A stretch of DNA of 64,000 nucleotides from Paraspadella gotoi. Lineage: Eukaryota; Animalia; Chaetognatha. The stretch covers positions 23,630,858-23,694,857 of the forward strand of contig CM119264.1 in assembly GCA_051294375.1 (NCBI GenBank). Direction: 5' to 3'. Under the pieces are notes generated by a model, which saw only the letters and a program-made list of their open reading frames with translations, had not been told where the DNA came from and ran no database searches. A program made the position numbers and the translations under genes. Of this stretch, positions 1-26,300 are shown in pieces; within the stretch, counting starts at the first letter, position 1; each line of letters begins with the position of its first letter.

Positions 1-1134
1 ATAAGGCTAAAATACCCTCAGAAGAAGGCATTTTTGACAAAAACAAGTTTGACAAACAATGTCGCGATCTGCCTACGATGAATTAATTAATTAATTGATT
101 AATTAATTAATTTAATTAATAGATTAATAAATTAATTAATTAATTTAATGATTAATTAATTAATTAATTAATTAAATAGGATTATTATTAATTTATATTC
201 AGACTTGTCATCATCGATGTCCTTAAAATTGAGTCAGCGGCACAGTTTATTAAATGTTTTTGTTTACATTTTATCAAAACAAACAAAGATCCTCTTATAT
301 CGAGCAGGCGCGGCAAAGCCCGTCCTGTCTAGAATTTTTTTTTCGCGTTTTTAGCTTTCGCGTCTCGCTTTTGCCAATCATAGGCTTTCGTGAAAGTGTT
401 GATATCATAGGGAGTTAATTTTTCATATATGGCTTCTAATCATCAAGATCTTTAAAATTCTCATGTTTCATATCAAATTGGTATTTGCTTTATGTTTTAT
501 TTACAAAAACAAAAAACGTTTTTAATTTATATGTCGCTCTCTCTCTCTCTCTTTTTTCTCCGTCACTGCTTCTTCTAAAAACGAGTCCGCTCTGCAGCGT
601 CTGTCCAGCTTACTTTCTCTCTCTCTCTTCTTCTCTCTCTTCTCTCTCTCTCTCTCTTTTTTTACAAAAATTTTTAGATATAATGGTGGGTTCACTAATT
701 TGTACTAAAAAAACGTGCCGCGAACAGGGCGCGAACCCGGGTCCTTTGGGCTAGAGAATAGCTCACGCTACGTGCGGGCCTTAAGTACTGCTGATTCTTT
801 AATGAGCTAAAGGGGGGCTGTAGAAGCTTCTCTCTCTCTCTCTCTTTTAATTATTATATATCGCTCTTTTCTCTTTCTGGTTTCTTCTCTGCAGCGGCTG
901 TCTCCTCTCTCTCTCTCTTATTTCTCTCTCTCTCTCTGTCTCTCTGTCTCTCTGTTGGTGTGTCTTGTCCCTATCTTGTCCGATCTTTTGCCGTGAATCG
1001 TTGTTTTGGAAAAATTTCTGATTATTTTTTACCTTCTAAAAAACTTTCTTATTATTGCCCATTTATTACCGCGCTTTTTTTTTCAATACAAAATCCCATA
1101 TTTTTCATCCGAGATTTCGTGGATTTATTCTCTT

Positions 1135-1177
<43 letters not shown>

Positions 1178-1188
1178 TTTTTCTCTCT

Positions 1189-1249
<61 letters not shown>

Positions 1250-2127
1250 GTCTCTCTTCTTCAACTCATACACGCATTTGTTTGGTTTTATTGACTATCA
1301 TCGCATCAATGTAATGGACAATCATCGCATCAATGAATGACAATCATCGCATCACTGAATGGACTATCATCACAGCAGTGAATGACTATCCATCATCAAT
1401 AATTGATTATCATCGAATCAATAATCAATTCCTATTTACATCAATAAATTACTATTACATCAATCAATTAGTATTACCTCAATCAATTACTAGTACATCA
1501 ACAATTCGTTATCGCATGATTCATTCGTTTTTTACCCGGTTTTTTTCATTAATTTTCTATGATAGTGAGGCTCTGCCTCGATCTTGAGGTCTTTTAAGAT
1601 TTTTTTATTTTATGTCTTCCTTCTCTCTCTCTCTCTCTCACTCCTCTCTTCTTCTCTCTCACTCTCTCTCTCTCGCTCTCACTCTCTCTTTTCTCCTCTC
1701 TCTCTCTCTCTCATTTTTTATGCAAATAGCGACGGATCCTTATGCTTTCAGATTATTTTTAACTTGCATCATTTTTTTTCAACTCATAATTTTTTCAACT
1801 TGCATTCCGTCAAAAACTTTATATCTAGCTTCTTCACTCACTTTCCTACCGGCTCACAAAATTTCATCTCAAATCTATCAGTGGGTTGAAAATAAATTAA
1901 AAAGATTCAAGTTAAATGCTTGCACTCATATCTTTTTTCATTTAAACTCATTTCACTTGGTACGTTTCCACGTGAAACTTTATATTCAGCTTCGTCATAC
2001 GTTTTCCCTATTCTCACACCACAAAATTTTTCACTCTTAATACCAAAAAAAAAAAAAACAAAAAAAACAAAACAATTACATGTTTCACTGTTCCCTCATT
2101 AACAAAAATTTAACTTTTAATCCTCAG

Positions 2128-4697
2128 CTACGACACCAAAATAAGCGCTGTATGGCCAGAATTTGCAGCGAATGACAAGGGACATTTGACTGTTGCCGAC
2201 CTGATGCGTCATGAAGCTGGACTCAGCGAATTCGACGCAACTATCGACATCCACGATCTTTTGGCCAACAGGATCAAACAAAACTCAGTCGCTCCCATCA
2301 TAGAAAAGCAGAGATTGTAGTAAGAATAATTGGTGTTCGATGAGCATCGCTTTGATTCATGGTTTATCTTTCATTACATATGTAAAAGCCATTTGAAAAC
2401 TCCTAATGGACTGCCATCTAAATCTTTTGTAAAGTTGTCTGTATAGTGTATATTAGAAATCAATCAATTTATGATTTGATATATGTGGCTTAATTCCTCT
2501 TCAAAAATAAAATTGAAAACTTTTAAAACCTTCAGTTATCGAGATGGAGGGGATTTCTACCGGCGCGAGTATCACACGATGACCAGAGGCTGGATTGCCA
2601 ATGAGATCGTCAGGCGCGTAGACAGCAGAGGCAGGACCATTGGAGAGATACTTAGGTGAGACAATGTTTGATTCTCAAAAGTATTTTGGACAAAATTTTT
2701 TTTTTATCATTTTGTAGTTTGAAAAATACGAAAAAAATGTTTTACAACAAATATGTATAAAACTGCGTTCAAATTTTCCTTTTAAAAATTAGTTTAAAAA
2801 ATTATTATTTCAGATAACCAACTTTTTAAAAAAAAAGTATTAACTAAGTGATAATAAAAAAATTGCAGAGAAGACATCAGTCATCCTCTGGGAATTGACG
2901 CTTACATCGGAATGAACGAAGAGGAATTGAAGAAGGCTTTTCCGATTGAAGCCATCGACACTTGCTACATGGTTATGCAAGGATTCCTTCCCAAATGTTG
3001 TGGAAGAAGAACGGAATTTAACGTCTTCGAATTGGTGAGCGATATTGGAAGTCCGATTTGAAGGATGGAAAAGGGGAGAATTAAAATAGTATTTTTAAAT
3101 ACCTCGACCTTGAAATTTATATCCATTTGAATCTGTTTTATCTTATGAACCCACTCACGGTTCTCTTTTCAGTTTGCGCTTTGGAGGTCCAGCGCTGACG
3201 CCGAAGAATTGTCCAGCCGAAAGAACCTCGCCCAAGTCCAGCCTGTGAGCGGGTTTGGAAGTGGCGACGATTTTGCTGGTTTCTTCAACAGAGAAATAAC
3301 TCGAAGATCGGAAATTCCAAGCGGCAATGGACACGCCTCCGCTAGGGGTGAGTTACGAAAGCCTTTGCTAGGACAAGTGTGATTCAATGAAATATGATGT
3401 CTGTTGTTGTATGAATAAAAAAAAAGAAATTATTTTTCTTAAAATCCGGTAAAAAAAGAAAAGGTTCAACTAATTTGTGAACTACAGACCTGCGCAAAAA
3501 AAAAAAAAAAAAAGACACTCTAAAACATTGCCCAAATAGATCTTGTTAGATTCCTTTATTATGAATAAAGTGATAAATAAATAAACTTTATGGAAAAAAG
3601 AACTATTGGTGCAAATTTGGTTCAAATTTAACAATTCTTTTGAAATCTTAAATCTTTAAATATGTATTATTCCCCATTTTTTTGTTTTGACCATTTGTTT
3701 TTGTTTGCTGTAGCTCTTGAGGGACTGGACCGATTTTTTTAAAACTTACACATATAAATTCTACTTTATATTGACTAATTAATTTTTTTTAATACATGCA
3801 TAAAACGCACGCTATTTAGGATTTAAGAGTATCCTCTTTTTTTTATTAAATTATTTTTATTTTATTATTAAATATTTTATTGCGGTCCGGCAATGCTAAA
3901 TTAGGCCTGTTACTCTTTAAAAAATTGAAATAAAAAATATTTTCAGCTTTGTCCGTTCTGGCGTCTCTCATGGCCAACGGGGGCGTCTTTGGCGACTTCC
4001 GGTTGTTAAGCGAAGCCACCGTCGCCGATTTTCACAGGGATCCAATCGAGCGAGACATGGGCGGCTCCGTGAACTTCTTCAACCGAGGCGGTGGTTACGA
4101 AGTGATGATGCCCACAAAGCCCACGGATTTTGACCGAGGGATTGTACCTCCAATTCAAGGTAGAGTTGAGTGTAGAAGTGTTTCATAAAAATCCTGAACT
4201 TTTAAGTAACTTTAACTTATTGTTAAAGATGATTTTCATTAATTACTTAATGTTCTTTTTCTTTCAATTATTATTATTTCTTTCTTTTACCTTGATTATT
4301 ATTGCACCTTCTAACTTTTCATTTTCTTCACTTTGCTTCGATTTTATATTTGTTTAAGTTTGTTTTACGTCTGAGAAACTCTCCTTTGTTTGTCTTTTTT
4401 TGGTTTTTCTCGGTCCGATTTTATCTTTCTCATAAGTTGACACGTAAGGATTTCATTATTTTCACAGTTTTATCTGATATGATAATGCGACTTTTAACAA
4501 CAAACTGTCTCATTTTAAATCATAATCGTAAAAAAAAAACAAAAAAACAAAGAGTTATATCAATCAAGTTTTTTTTTAGTTTTTTTTCTTTAAGGAGACG
4601 AACAATTTTATTTTTAGACGAACATGTTTCGGCTCACAATTTGAGCCTTCATCAGCGTCAAAGTTTTTTGTGAATAACTCACAAATTTTCTACAAAA

Positions 4698-4745
<48 letters not shown>

Positions 4746-4969
4746 AATGTTTCCAACACAGAGTTTTTCTAAATTCATTTCTCTCAGGCTACGTAGGTTG
4801 GTTCGGCTACGGTGGTTCCATCTTCCAGTGGCATCCCGAACATAAAATCGGCATGGCGTTCGTCCCTTCTTATCTCAACTGGATCGACGAGATCAATCAA
4901 CGTGGGATGAAACTTCAAGCGGAAATTTTGAAATGCGTGAAAAGTGTGAAAGAGAAGAGAAGAAATTGA
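2128..4969 (+). CDS. Serine beta-lactamase-fold hydrolase (family VIII esterase / lact-2-like), paralog A, 5'-partial. Exons 2128-2319, 2536-2655, 2869-3034, 3173-3347, 3947-4159, 4788-4969
   Basis: Manual GT-AG splicing gives an open frame: YDTKISAVWPEFAANDKGHLTVADLMRHEAGL...REYHTMTRGWIANEIVRRVD...SEIPSGNGHASAR...GYVGWFGYGGSIFQWHPEHKIG. Exon lengths match paralog B (192, 120, 166 and 213 bp). The SxxK exon is not seen in the window and presumably lies upstream. Confidence 0.9.
4617..4659 (-). ncRNA. Minimal type I hammerhead ribozyme motif (Penelope-like repeat), in an intron of paralog A
   Basis: Minus strand GACG-CTGATGA-A-GGCTCA(AATTG)TGAGCC-GAAAC-AT-GTT-CGTC: stem I GACG/CGTC, 6-bp stem II, palindromic ACATGT stem III, then AATAAA. 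(TC)n lies upstream on the same strand. Confidence 0.75.
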
Positions 4970-5405
4970 TCTATCACTCGTTTTGCAATCATCGGTTTTT
5001 TTTAATTGGGCGCTTATATCATTCTTTGATTGTAACTGCTTTTAAACGTTATTTTCTCATTCTGCTATGGCATACTGGGTTCGTCATCAAGAAAATGCTA
5101 CTTTTCTTAATTTTTACAGTTTTTATAACTTTGTGAACATTCGCTTGTTTAATTATACCAGTACCACCACGAAATTTTAATAGCATAGACAATTATTAAC
5201 ATCGATATTCATATTATTTCTAGTTGAACCGCGTTATTTCCCAGTTTTCTGTCCTCAAATTGCATTTTTCTTTAAAATATATTGAATACATTTTTTTGTA
5301 ATCAAAGACAGAAAGACAAGTTTACTGTTTAATAAAGTTTCTTAGATATTTTAGTCTGTCAAAGCGAGCGGGATCGAGTGAGAGAGAGTGTGGTTGAGCC
5401 AAAAG

Positions 5406-5463
<58 letters not shown>

Positions 5464-6070
5464 AAGAGAAAGAAAGAATATCTGGGGGAATGGGTGGCCA
5501 ATTGATAGCTAATACTATTAACTGTATCCGAACAATAGGGAGCCGTCAAGAATTGAAATCAAATGTGAGTAAAAGTCGGGAATTTAAAAAGAAAAAGAAT
5601 TCGCCGATTTTGCGGAAACCGAAAACTAGCTCATGAATTTTACAAACTTAATCGAATTAGAACAAATGAGGAAAAATCGAGTTAAATCAAAAACTTGAAC
5701 GGCCACGCAGGCAGCAGCCCTAGTATTTTTTTCTTGGCGGGTAAACTCTTCACTGTAACTAATGAGATTTTGTTTTTTTACAACTTCTCGATGCTTTATA
5801 ATTTCATCGAAGTAACGAGACCAGAATTTGGTTTTACGTTACTCGATCGAACTCTATGGTTGAAACTTTCGAGGACGGGACGAGATTTTTTCTTCTCTGA
5901 AACTCGAGAATCATTTTGTTAACTTATCGCCGATCGGAACTGTCAAGAAAACTTCTTTTCACAACAAGATTCTTTAAAAATCCACTGGCTTGGATGAGAC
6001 AAAAGTTTCCACTAAATTCCACAGCATCTCCACGTCATCCTTTCCTTTTGACTAACGCTTAATCGACGCA

Positions 6071-8917
<2,847 letters not shown>

Positions 8918-9382
8918 AAGGGAAAAGTTTTGGAGTGAAATAAAGTCATTGTACTTGTAGGGTTTTGCCGTTAGAGGGGGGACGAAAATCCTGCGCAATG
9001 CGAATAGTATGTGGTAAAAGTTCTGCGAGAAAGAGCTGTCTGAAATACGTTTTTTTTGGTGGCCAGTATAAATAGATAATATCACTGCGTCACAAAAGAA
9101 CAAACTTTCTTCGTATAGGATCTGATAATAAGAGAAAACGCTAATCGGTTTATTATACGGAAATCCAATGTTTATTGTACGACATCGAACATAAGAGCGC
9201 CTACCTTTATTTTTTGACAATAAATTTACAAGACTGAAGGACAACATTTAAAAGTAATATAACGAACGATAAAAAAAGAACAATATCTCTATTAAATTCA
9301 TCCATCTAATGTAAGTATTGTAAACTAATAGCTCGCGGTGTAGTAAAGTGGATGTGTATGTAGCGAAAAGGATTTGTTCCTC

Positions 9383-17720
<8,338 letters not shown>

Positions 17721-18494
17721 CTTCCGCAGGAAGTCGCCAATTTTAATTGAAAAAAAATTGACTCAGGACAAAGGAAGACAAACACTTCGGCAAAGAGAAA
17801 CAATGTCAGGCTTAGAAAAAAATAACAGACTGAGACAAAGTCTGCCTCGTAACGACAAAGGTTGTCAATTAAAGACAGAGATTGTCGAGTAAAGACGAAT
17901 GCTGTCAAGCGAAGATAGAGATTGTCAGCCGATAATAGAGATTTTCTGACTAAGACAAGATCATCAGGTAACGCCAGGGCGTCCCCTGGAATTTCATTGG
18001 TTTAGTGATAAAAAAAAAACTTGCTGTTGATTGAAATCTCTCTACGTTTGGTTGTTATTAACAACAATTTTTTTGTTTTCTTTTGTTTCGGATGCTCTTT
18101 TTTTTCTTAGATTATCTTCTTCGACTTTTGAAACGCGCGACGAGCAAGAGGGGACGCCGGTTGTTGCTCGACGATGATGACGACGATAATGACGACGACA
18201 TCGACATCATCAACCCTTTTTCAAGGAAAGATTGTATGACAACTAATGACAAGATTTCAAAGCGAAAAAGATGATTACGGGATTTTATCGACAAGCTGAA
18301 AAATGAAGACAATTAAGAAAGAAAAAAACTAAGGGAAAAAAAAAGGAAAAAAGATATAAACAAGTTTGAGCAAACAATGTCGTATCTGCTTACGATAATT
18401 AAGTGGTAAGCAGCTAATCCGATGATAAATAGCGATAATTCTTTCTATGAATCTATAAATCAATTGATCTATCAATGAACCAGTCGCTGCACCA

Positions 18495-18575
18495 ATACCA
18501 ACTTGCATAATTTGGTCAACTTGCATAATTTGGTCAACTGGCATAATTTAATTAACTGGCATAATTTGGTCAACT
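18495..18575. repeat. 18-bp minisatellite AACTTGCATAATTTGGTC, about 4 copies
   Basis: Direct tandem copies visible. Confidence 0.8.
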
Positions 18576-19541
18576 TAACAATTAGCTAATTAATGATTTT
18601 ATTTGTGAGAAAGAGAGAGAGAGAGCGAGGGGTGAGAGAGAGAGTGAGAGAGGAGATAGATAGAGAGAGAGAACGAGGTCGGAATGAGGGGGGAAGAGAG
18701 GTTGAAGAGAGAAGGGAGAGATGTCTAGAGAGAGAGAGAGAGAAACGGACAGATGGACAGATAGACAGACATATAGACAGACGAACATCTTTTTTTTTTT
18801 GCATGATTTATGAGTGGGAATGACGGACCGACAAAGTGGATTATAGAGTCAGAGTCTGCTGATAAGACTAAATAGAAACCGAAAGAATATTAAATCATAA
18901 ACGGTGAAGGAAACAAAAAATTTTAGAGTAAAAATGAGAGAAAGAAAAAGTAAAAGAAAAGGTAAATAGAAGGTGGATGTATAAAGCTAGAAACTAGAAA
19001 TAAAAAAGTGTCAGAAACTCAGGGAGTCACAATCGCATCGAAGAAAAAAAAAGCACAAAAAGAAAATAAATCGATTTAAAAAAAAAGAAGAAAAAAAAAT
19101 CTGAGATGTCACTTTTTTCAAAATGTCGGATCGATTATGATGATGAGGATGACGATTATGATGATAATAATCATGATCAAATGATAATGACGACGATAAA
19201 AATAATAATGTAGATGATGATAATAACCACGAAGAAGACAATAAAAATAGACGATTATTAGCATAACATTTAAAAATTAAAAAGTAAACGAAAGTAAAAA
19301 GTAAACTAAAACTAAAAGTAAACTTTAAAAAAAGACAATGATGACGTCACGGTTGCCTTTTTTTTTTACGTTTCCGACGTTTGAAATATTCGTCGTTTCG
19401 ATGTCGTCTCCCGTCCCCCCCCCTCGGTCGCGGTGACGGTCCGACGTCAAAATTGCGATTCCCGCCGGTCGAGAATTTGCATTTATTCATCTTCTCTTTA
19501 TTCCCTCAAGACTCCGCGAAATCCGCAAATTAAAAACGCGA

Positions 19542-19618
<77 letters not shown>

Positions 19619-20459
19619 CTCTCTCTTCATCCCTCGAGTGGAAACCGCCTTTTCGATAACATTTTTTAATCACAGTTTCGTTTATAGATTCTGTGATTTT
19701 TTTTTTCAAAAGTTTATTGGTTTCGTCAGTTTTATATCCCTTTTTATAAACAGTTAAAGAAAAAATAATAAGTGCCTTCATACAAGTTATCATTGTTAAT
19801 AGGAGCAAAATGTATGAACTATGTATCAATTTTTTTGGATAAATGATAATCAATTATGTTAAGAGACGAAAGAGTGAGGCATTTAAAAAGGCCCGGCATT
19901 AAAAAATGAACGAATTAATTCAGAAAAAAATTCAAAATTTGAATAAAATCAGATTTAAAACTACTTTAACGACTCGCAAACAAAAGAGCTTTGTTCCCGA
20001 TGAAATAAAACGAATAAAGAAAAAATAAAAACAAAACAAATAGAGAAATAAACAGTATGAGCAGAATTAAAATCGAACGGTTTTAATGATAATTTATTTT
20101 TTTCTTTCACCGGTGAAAATGCCGTTTTAACGTGACCCCCGAGGATCGCGATGAACAACGGAAAATAAACACGACAAAGAAAAATATTAAGCGTCGCTTT
20201 CATTCGTTCTGCCTCTGGCGTCCATAATTATGTCAAAAGTCTATATATCTTTACAAAAGCTTTTAAACAGAATGAAATTTTAGTTCCTCGTTAATTCCGA
20301 GTAAAGACGTCTCGCCAAACCCGCTTATAACGAACAAAAATCAAGCAACGCTAATTATCCGTTTTAGTTCGTCTCAAATGTCGACAGACGTCAATAAGTC
20401 AGTGGAGACGCGCCCAGCCCTTATTCCCCAGGCCTCACTTAGTCGCGTCTCGCGACCCT

Positions 20460-21334
20460 CATACAATTTGATGGTAATAAATTTATGTACACGTATCATT
20501 ATTTAGACTACGTATTATAAAAGATAATAATATTCTATATTCTGAAAAATAATTAACAATAGACAATTGATAATTCGACACTTGAATCTTCATTTTTTTT
20601 TTAAATTGTACGACGTGTAGGTTTTTTATTGATTCTTTTTTTTTTATCTATTAACAGTTTGATTAATTTAATGAATAATGGGTTTGGGATTTCATACAGT
20701 TGGGTACTTGTTTAGCATGTCTAAACTTTTTAAGAGTGACCCACTGACCCATTTATGACTTATAACTTATAATATAAATATTAAATAATCAACTTGCGAG
20801 ACTCCCAACTCTTTTTTTTTTCTTTCCTCATTTCAATCGCGCGCTTTCCCCTAGCACCCCCTCTACCCCCGAACGCAGCGCCCGAAGGCCGGGGGGAGGC
20901 GGCGCCGCGACTCGCGCGTCGAGGAAGACAAGCGTCAACGTCAACAAAAGAGGGGAGGATTCCCGTGGCAACTCTGGTGGCAGAGATAAAAACTAATTTG
21001 CAATTTAGCAAAACAAAAGAGCAGGGCGGTTGAAATAGGAGCGAGCGGCGGGCAAAAGTTGGGGAGGAGAGAGAAAGGAGGAGGGCGGGGGGGAGATATG
21101 GGATAAAGGGGGAGTTGGAACAAAACGAAAAGAGGATGCGAATTCGGGGGAAAATGAAGGATGAGGTCGGAAAATGGAAAAAGTGGGATGATGGTGAAGA
21201 TGGAGGGCGATGTGGAAGTTTGATAAGAGGATAAGAAAAGGAAAGTAGCATCGATATTGGAAAATATAAAGCTCCTTACAAAGGATGTTGAATGTCGAAG
21301 TGGATCAAGATGAAGCTCGATAATAATAATAATA

Positions 21335-21408
<74 letters not shown>

Positions 21409-23301
21409 GATGATCAATGTTAAAAGTAAATCGAAATCTTCTGCTTACTCCACCTATCCGACCATCCCATCTTAACATTTCTTTTTTCTACTTTATCCCC
21501 CCCCCCTAATTTCTCATCCAGAGAATCTCTCAAATCTCTGCTAATCTCTCTCCCTTCCGCTTCCACGTCCACATTTCGGATTCCACCAACAAATTATTGA
21601 GTCATTATTTCACGTTTTCCGCGCGAATCCTTCCTCCTTTTTCCCTCCTTTTTCCCTCCTTTTTCTTTCCTTTATTTCATTTTATTTCTTCCTTCCTTTT
21701 TTTTCTCGTAAATTTCATTTCTTTGGTTTCAAAGATAAAAAAAATGGAAATGTGGAGAAACCCCCAAAAATTTTAGCAGCCGAGAACATTTTTCGAGGGC
21801 AGAATGTTCTTAAAACGGAAAATCTTAATAGGTTTTTGTCAAATGTTTGTAGATTTGTAAATAAGGCTTCTTACTTTGTACAAATTAAGTTTTAAATTGG
21901 AACACAATTCGGAAGAAAGAATGTTTGCAGGAACTCAAAGAGCCTTGTTTTGTTCGATTCTTGGCGGCCTCTTTTGTTCTCAATGATTCCTTTGATTTCG
22001 GCACAAAACAAATATGAGGACTTGAGGAGTCAACGAACGCTAACAGCAGAATAACTATAAGAATTCTGGTTGTTAGAGTACTGACCCGTACTTTACGAGT
22101 TAACTACAGCCAAATATTAATTGTACTTTTTTTGCGTTTTATTTTATTTTTCAAAAAAAATTTCCTTTTCATGATTCTTTTTTATACCCCGCTATAGTGG
22201 TAATTTGTTTGATTTATTTGTTTATTACGTAGTAAAAATGGCAATGATTTGTTATGAGAATTCATTTTATTAATTTGAAATCTAAGTTTGAAATTTGAGT
22301 TTTGGACTGTACTCCTCTGATCTATTTCTGCTGTTGTTTTCTTTGCCGCTTTTTGGATTTTACACTCTACCGATTTCTTTCCGTTACCATTTTAAAATGA
22401 AATATTTTTTTAAAAACTTACATAATTTTTATTTCACGACATTGCAATACTGTTTCACGCAAAACAATTTAATCATGCCGTAAAACGATACTATCGATCG
22501 ATTCTGTCAGGCGAATTGTAAACCGGGAGACTAATTCTCGTCGGGGTCAAAGTTTAAAGTTCGTCTCGTTTCGACGCCATTGGATGACTCATCGTGGGAG
22601 ACTTGGGCTTCTTCGCTGCCGAGAAGGGGGATGCCGGAGATGGGATCAGAGGTGGCAAGAGTGGCCGAAATTTGAGCCGCTGGAGTGGCACAAATAGGGT
22701 ATAGCAAAATTCTAGCTGTACTTAAAAAAAAAATAGTAGAAAAAAAAAACAACATAAACTCAGTATTGTGGCCTTTGGCAGCTGCGTAAATTTGAAATCT
22801 GACGTGTAAATTGGAAAAACAAGGATAAATTTTGCACCTCCTAAATGTAAAAGAAAATTTGACAATGTGTAGCAAAATCGAATCAAAATGAACAACATGA
22901 ATAGCATCTGTGTAACGAAAAGAAAAAGAAGTAATACGCAGCAGGAGAAATAGAATCGATAGGAGAAGATAGAAAAAAAAAGGAGAGCAGCAGCAGAAGC
23001 AGCAATTTCGTCAGTAGCAGAAGTAAAGGAAGGGATTAAGCGGCGGCAGCGTCTACCGCTTTTTCGATCGGCGCCATCGTTGGCTTCATCGGCGCCGCTG
23101 AGTTGAAGTAAAAAACCGACGCCGACGTTGATGCATCTCAACCGACTTTGCAGCAAAGTCGCTGCCGCACTCGAGCTGCCGCATCGCAGCAGAGACTGCA
23201 TCATCGCCGCCTTCTACGCCTCCTCTGGGCCTCGTAGCGCCATCGCGCGCAAAAAACCAACGTCACATAAATTTAGCGCCGAGCGTCAATAAAAAACCGG
23301 C

Positions 23302-23335
<34 letters not shown>

Positions 23336-26300
23336 NNNNNNNNNNNNNNNNNNNNNNNNNAAAAGAGAGAGATGTCCATCGAAGCCGGTTAGGCGTAGGT
23401 TGAGCGCAACGGAGCATGTACGGGAGCTTGGGCCTGGGTTAAGGTGTTAGGGGAGAGGCATGGAGTTGAACGGGACCGGGCTTACGTTTTAGGGTTATCG
23501 GGTGGGAGGGCCCGTGGTTGATGCATTGAAAGACGCTGGTTGGGTTTAGGGTGAGGCACGACCCGCATCGCTTCACCGCGAGCACGCACCGCTCGCGCCG
23601 CTCTTACCCGCGCCCAGTCACGCGGCACGTAGCGCGCGCACACGACCGTTGAACGGAAGGTTGGTTTAGGTCTACCGGGTTGGGGGAGACGGGGCCCGTG
23701 GTTGAATGCATCAAAGGCGCGTTCAGGGTTAGGGTTCGGGCACTGGAGACTGTACGGGAGCCAAGGCCCGGGTTAGGGGTTAGGGAGCCAGCACAGAGTT
23801 GAAACGGCGAGGTTTGGTTTTAGGGTTTAGGGTTGGGAGAGGAGGCCTGAAGGGATGCTCATCCCCGTGTAGCTCGCTTTGCTCTCCATTATATTCGGCA
23901 ACTTTACATGGCCGAGGATGCATGGGCGGACTTGGGCGGAATCGCGACAAGCCCCTTGGCGATAATCGTCCCCCATGGCCGAAGCTCGCCAACCAACTAG
24001 AACTCATACAAGTTGGATGTAATAAATTTATGTACACGTATCATTATTTAGACCTACGTATTATAAAAAAGATAATAATATTCTATATTTCCTCCTAGCA
24101 CCCCTCTACCCACCGAACGCAGCGCCGAAGGCCGGGGGGAGGCGGCGGCCGCGCTCGCGCGTCGAGGAAGACAAGCGTCAACGTCAACAAAAGAGGGGAG
24201 GATTCCAGTGGCAACACTCTGGTGGCAGAGATAAAGACAAATTTGCAATTAGCAAAACAAAAGAGCAGGCGGGTGTGAATAGGAGCGAGCGGCGGGCAGA
24301 AGTTGGAGAGGAGAGGAGAAAGGAGGAGGGCGGGGGGAGATATGGATAAGGGGGAGTGGGACAGAAACGAAAAGAGGATGGAGAATCTGGGGGAAACTGA
24401 AAGGATGAGGTCGGAAAACAGGATAAAGTGGGATGATGGTGAAAGGATGAGGGCGATGTGGAAGTATGGATAGCCGGCGCAAACGAACAAAGAAGTCAAG
24501 CAATCGCACCTACTCTGGAAAATATCACCTCCAACATACTTCCACAGCGCCCCTGTTGAATGTCGAAGTGCGATCAAGATGAAGCTCGTCATTAATCCGT
24601 ACTGAGAGCATGTAATCGACTCACGATGATGATGATGAATATCGATGATCGACTGCATGCCGATATGTTAAACGTAAATCGAATCTTCCTGCTTAATCCA
24701 CTATCCCGACATCCATCATCTCGCATCTTCTTTTTCTCTTTATCCCCCCCCTAAATTTTCATCAGCGATCTCTCACTTATCTGCCTAATCTCCTCCTCCT
24801 CCGCTTCACGTCCGAATTCGGATCCACAACAAATTATTGAGACTACATCTATTCTACGTCTTCCGGCCCGGACATCCCTTCCTCCTTTCTTCTCCCTCCT
24901 TCTTTCCTCTCTTCCTCCTATTTCACACAATTCCTTATTCTCTTACCTATCCTTTTTTTTTCCCTCGTAAATTTCATTTCTTTGGTTTCAAAGATAAAAA
25001 AAATAGGAATGTGGCGAAACACCCAAATTATTAGGCAGCCCATGGAGCGCCGTAGAACATTCTTGCCGCAGGGCAGACCCATGCTGTCTAAACGATGAAG
25101 AACTTTCACATAGGGTTTTATGTCAAGCATCGTTTCGTCACGACTTTTCTCCTGTAAAATAAGGCTTCTTACTCATTGTCACTTCACCAGTTTCAATCTC
25201 GGACAAACACCACCTCGGAAGACAGCACCGACACTCGCTTCCTGCCGCGAACCTCAACAGCCGCCACCGTTTGTTTCGATTCTTGGCGGCCGTGCAGTTT
25301 GTATCTGCCAATGATTGCCTGTTGATATTTCACGGACACAAAACCAAACTTCACTGAGGCATCTGCAGGAGCTCACGAACCGCGTACACCGAGCAGAAAA
25401 GTACTATAAGAATTCTGGTTGTTCAGAAGTACTGACCCGCTGCACTTACGAGTTTAACGTACAGGCCACAACTATCTACATTCGTACTTTTTTTCGCCGT
25501 TTTATTTACTTTAACACAAAAATCTCAGTTCCTTTCATGATTTGTTTTAGTACCTGCCCGCTAAAGTTAGGACTAAGCTGACGAACAAAGCCCGAGGTTT
25601 TTTTAATATATTCTTATACCGGCCAGAGGTAAATGATGGCAATATTGTTAATATTAAGTTTTCAAAAAAATCCGACTTATAAAATATAGAAAATATTAAC
25701 CAAAATCTTCGGTAAAATTCACCCCCTTCTTTGGAAGATTTTCGCCAAAGAAGATTTTTCCCGAATCTACTCCGGTTGAAAACTCTAGAATTCCGATCAA
25801 TTAGCTCCTCTTTTACTTTACTTAAATAAAAATTCACACACAAAATTGGACTAATTTCACTTTAACCAGAATCAATCCTATCAAATAACCTAATAAAATG
25901 TAAGAAAAATTTTGAGAGCCCTTTCAGACACTTTGGGCCAAAAGGGGGATTTTCCCGCCCCCAAAAAACAATCTGGGAAAACCGTTCATTTGGTCGAACA
26001 GGAACATACCTCATCACGTTTATGATCGTTTTCCAAAAAAAAATCCTTTTCAATTCTATATAAAATCAGAGATGGGAAAATTTTCCGTCCAGAAGCAGTC
26101 CTATTTTTCTGGCTTTTTGATATCAGATGTTGATGATTTGACAAGAGAAAAAAAAATGCGAGCCCTTCAGATGCAAACAGGACGGAAATCAAGTGTTTTT
26201 ACATCGTATTTTACCAAAATTTTTACCCAGGAGCGTTATAGTCTTTGGTAGTGCAGATTTGAAACGAAAAGTCTCCAGTTGAAAAAAGTCTTCCTCAATC

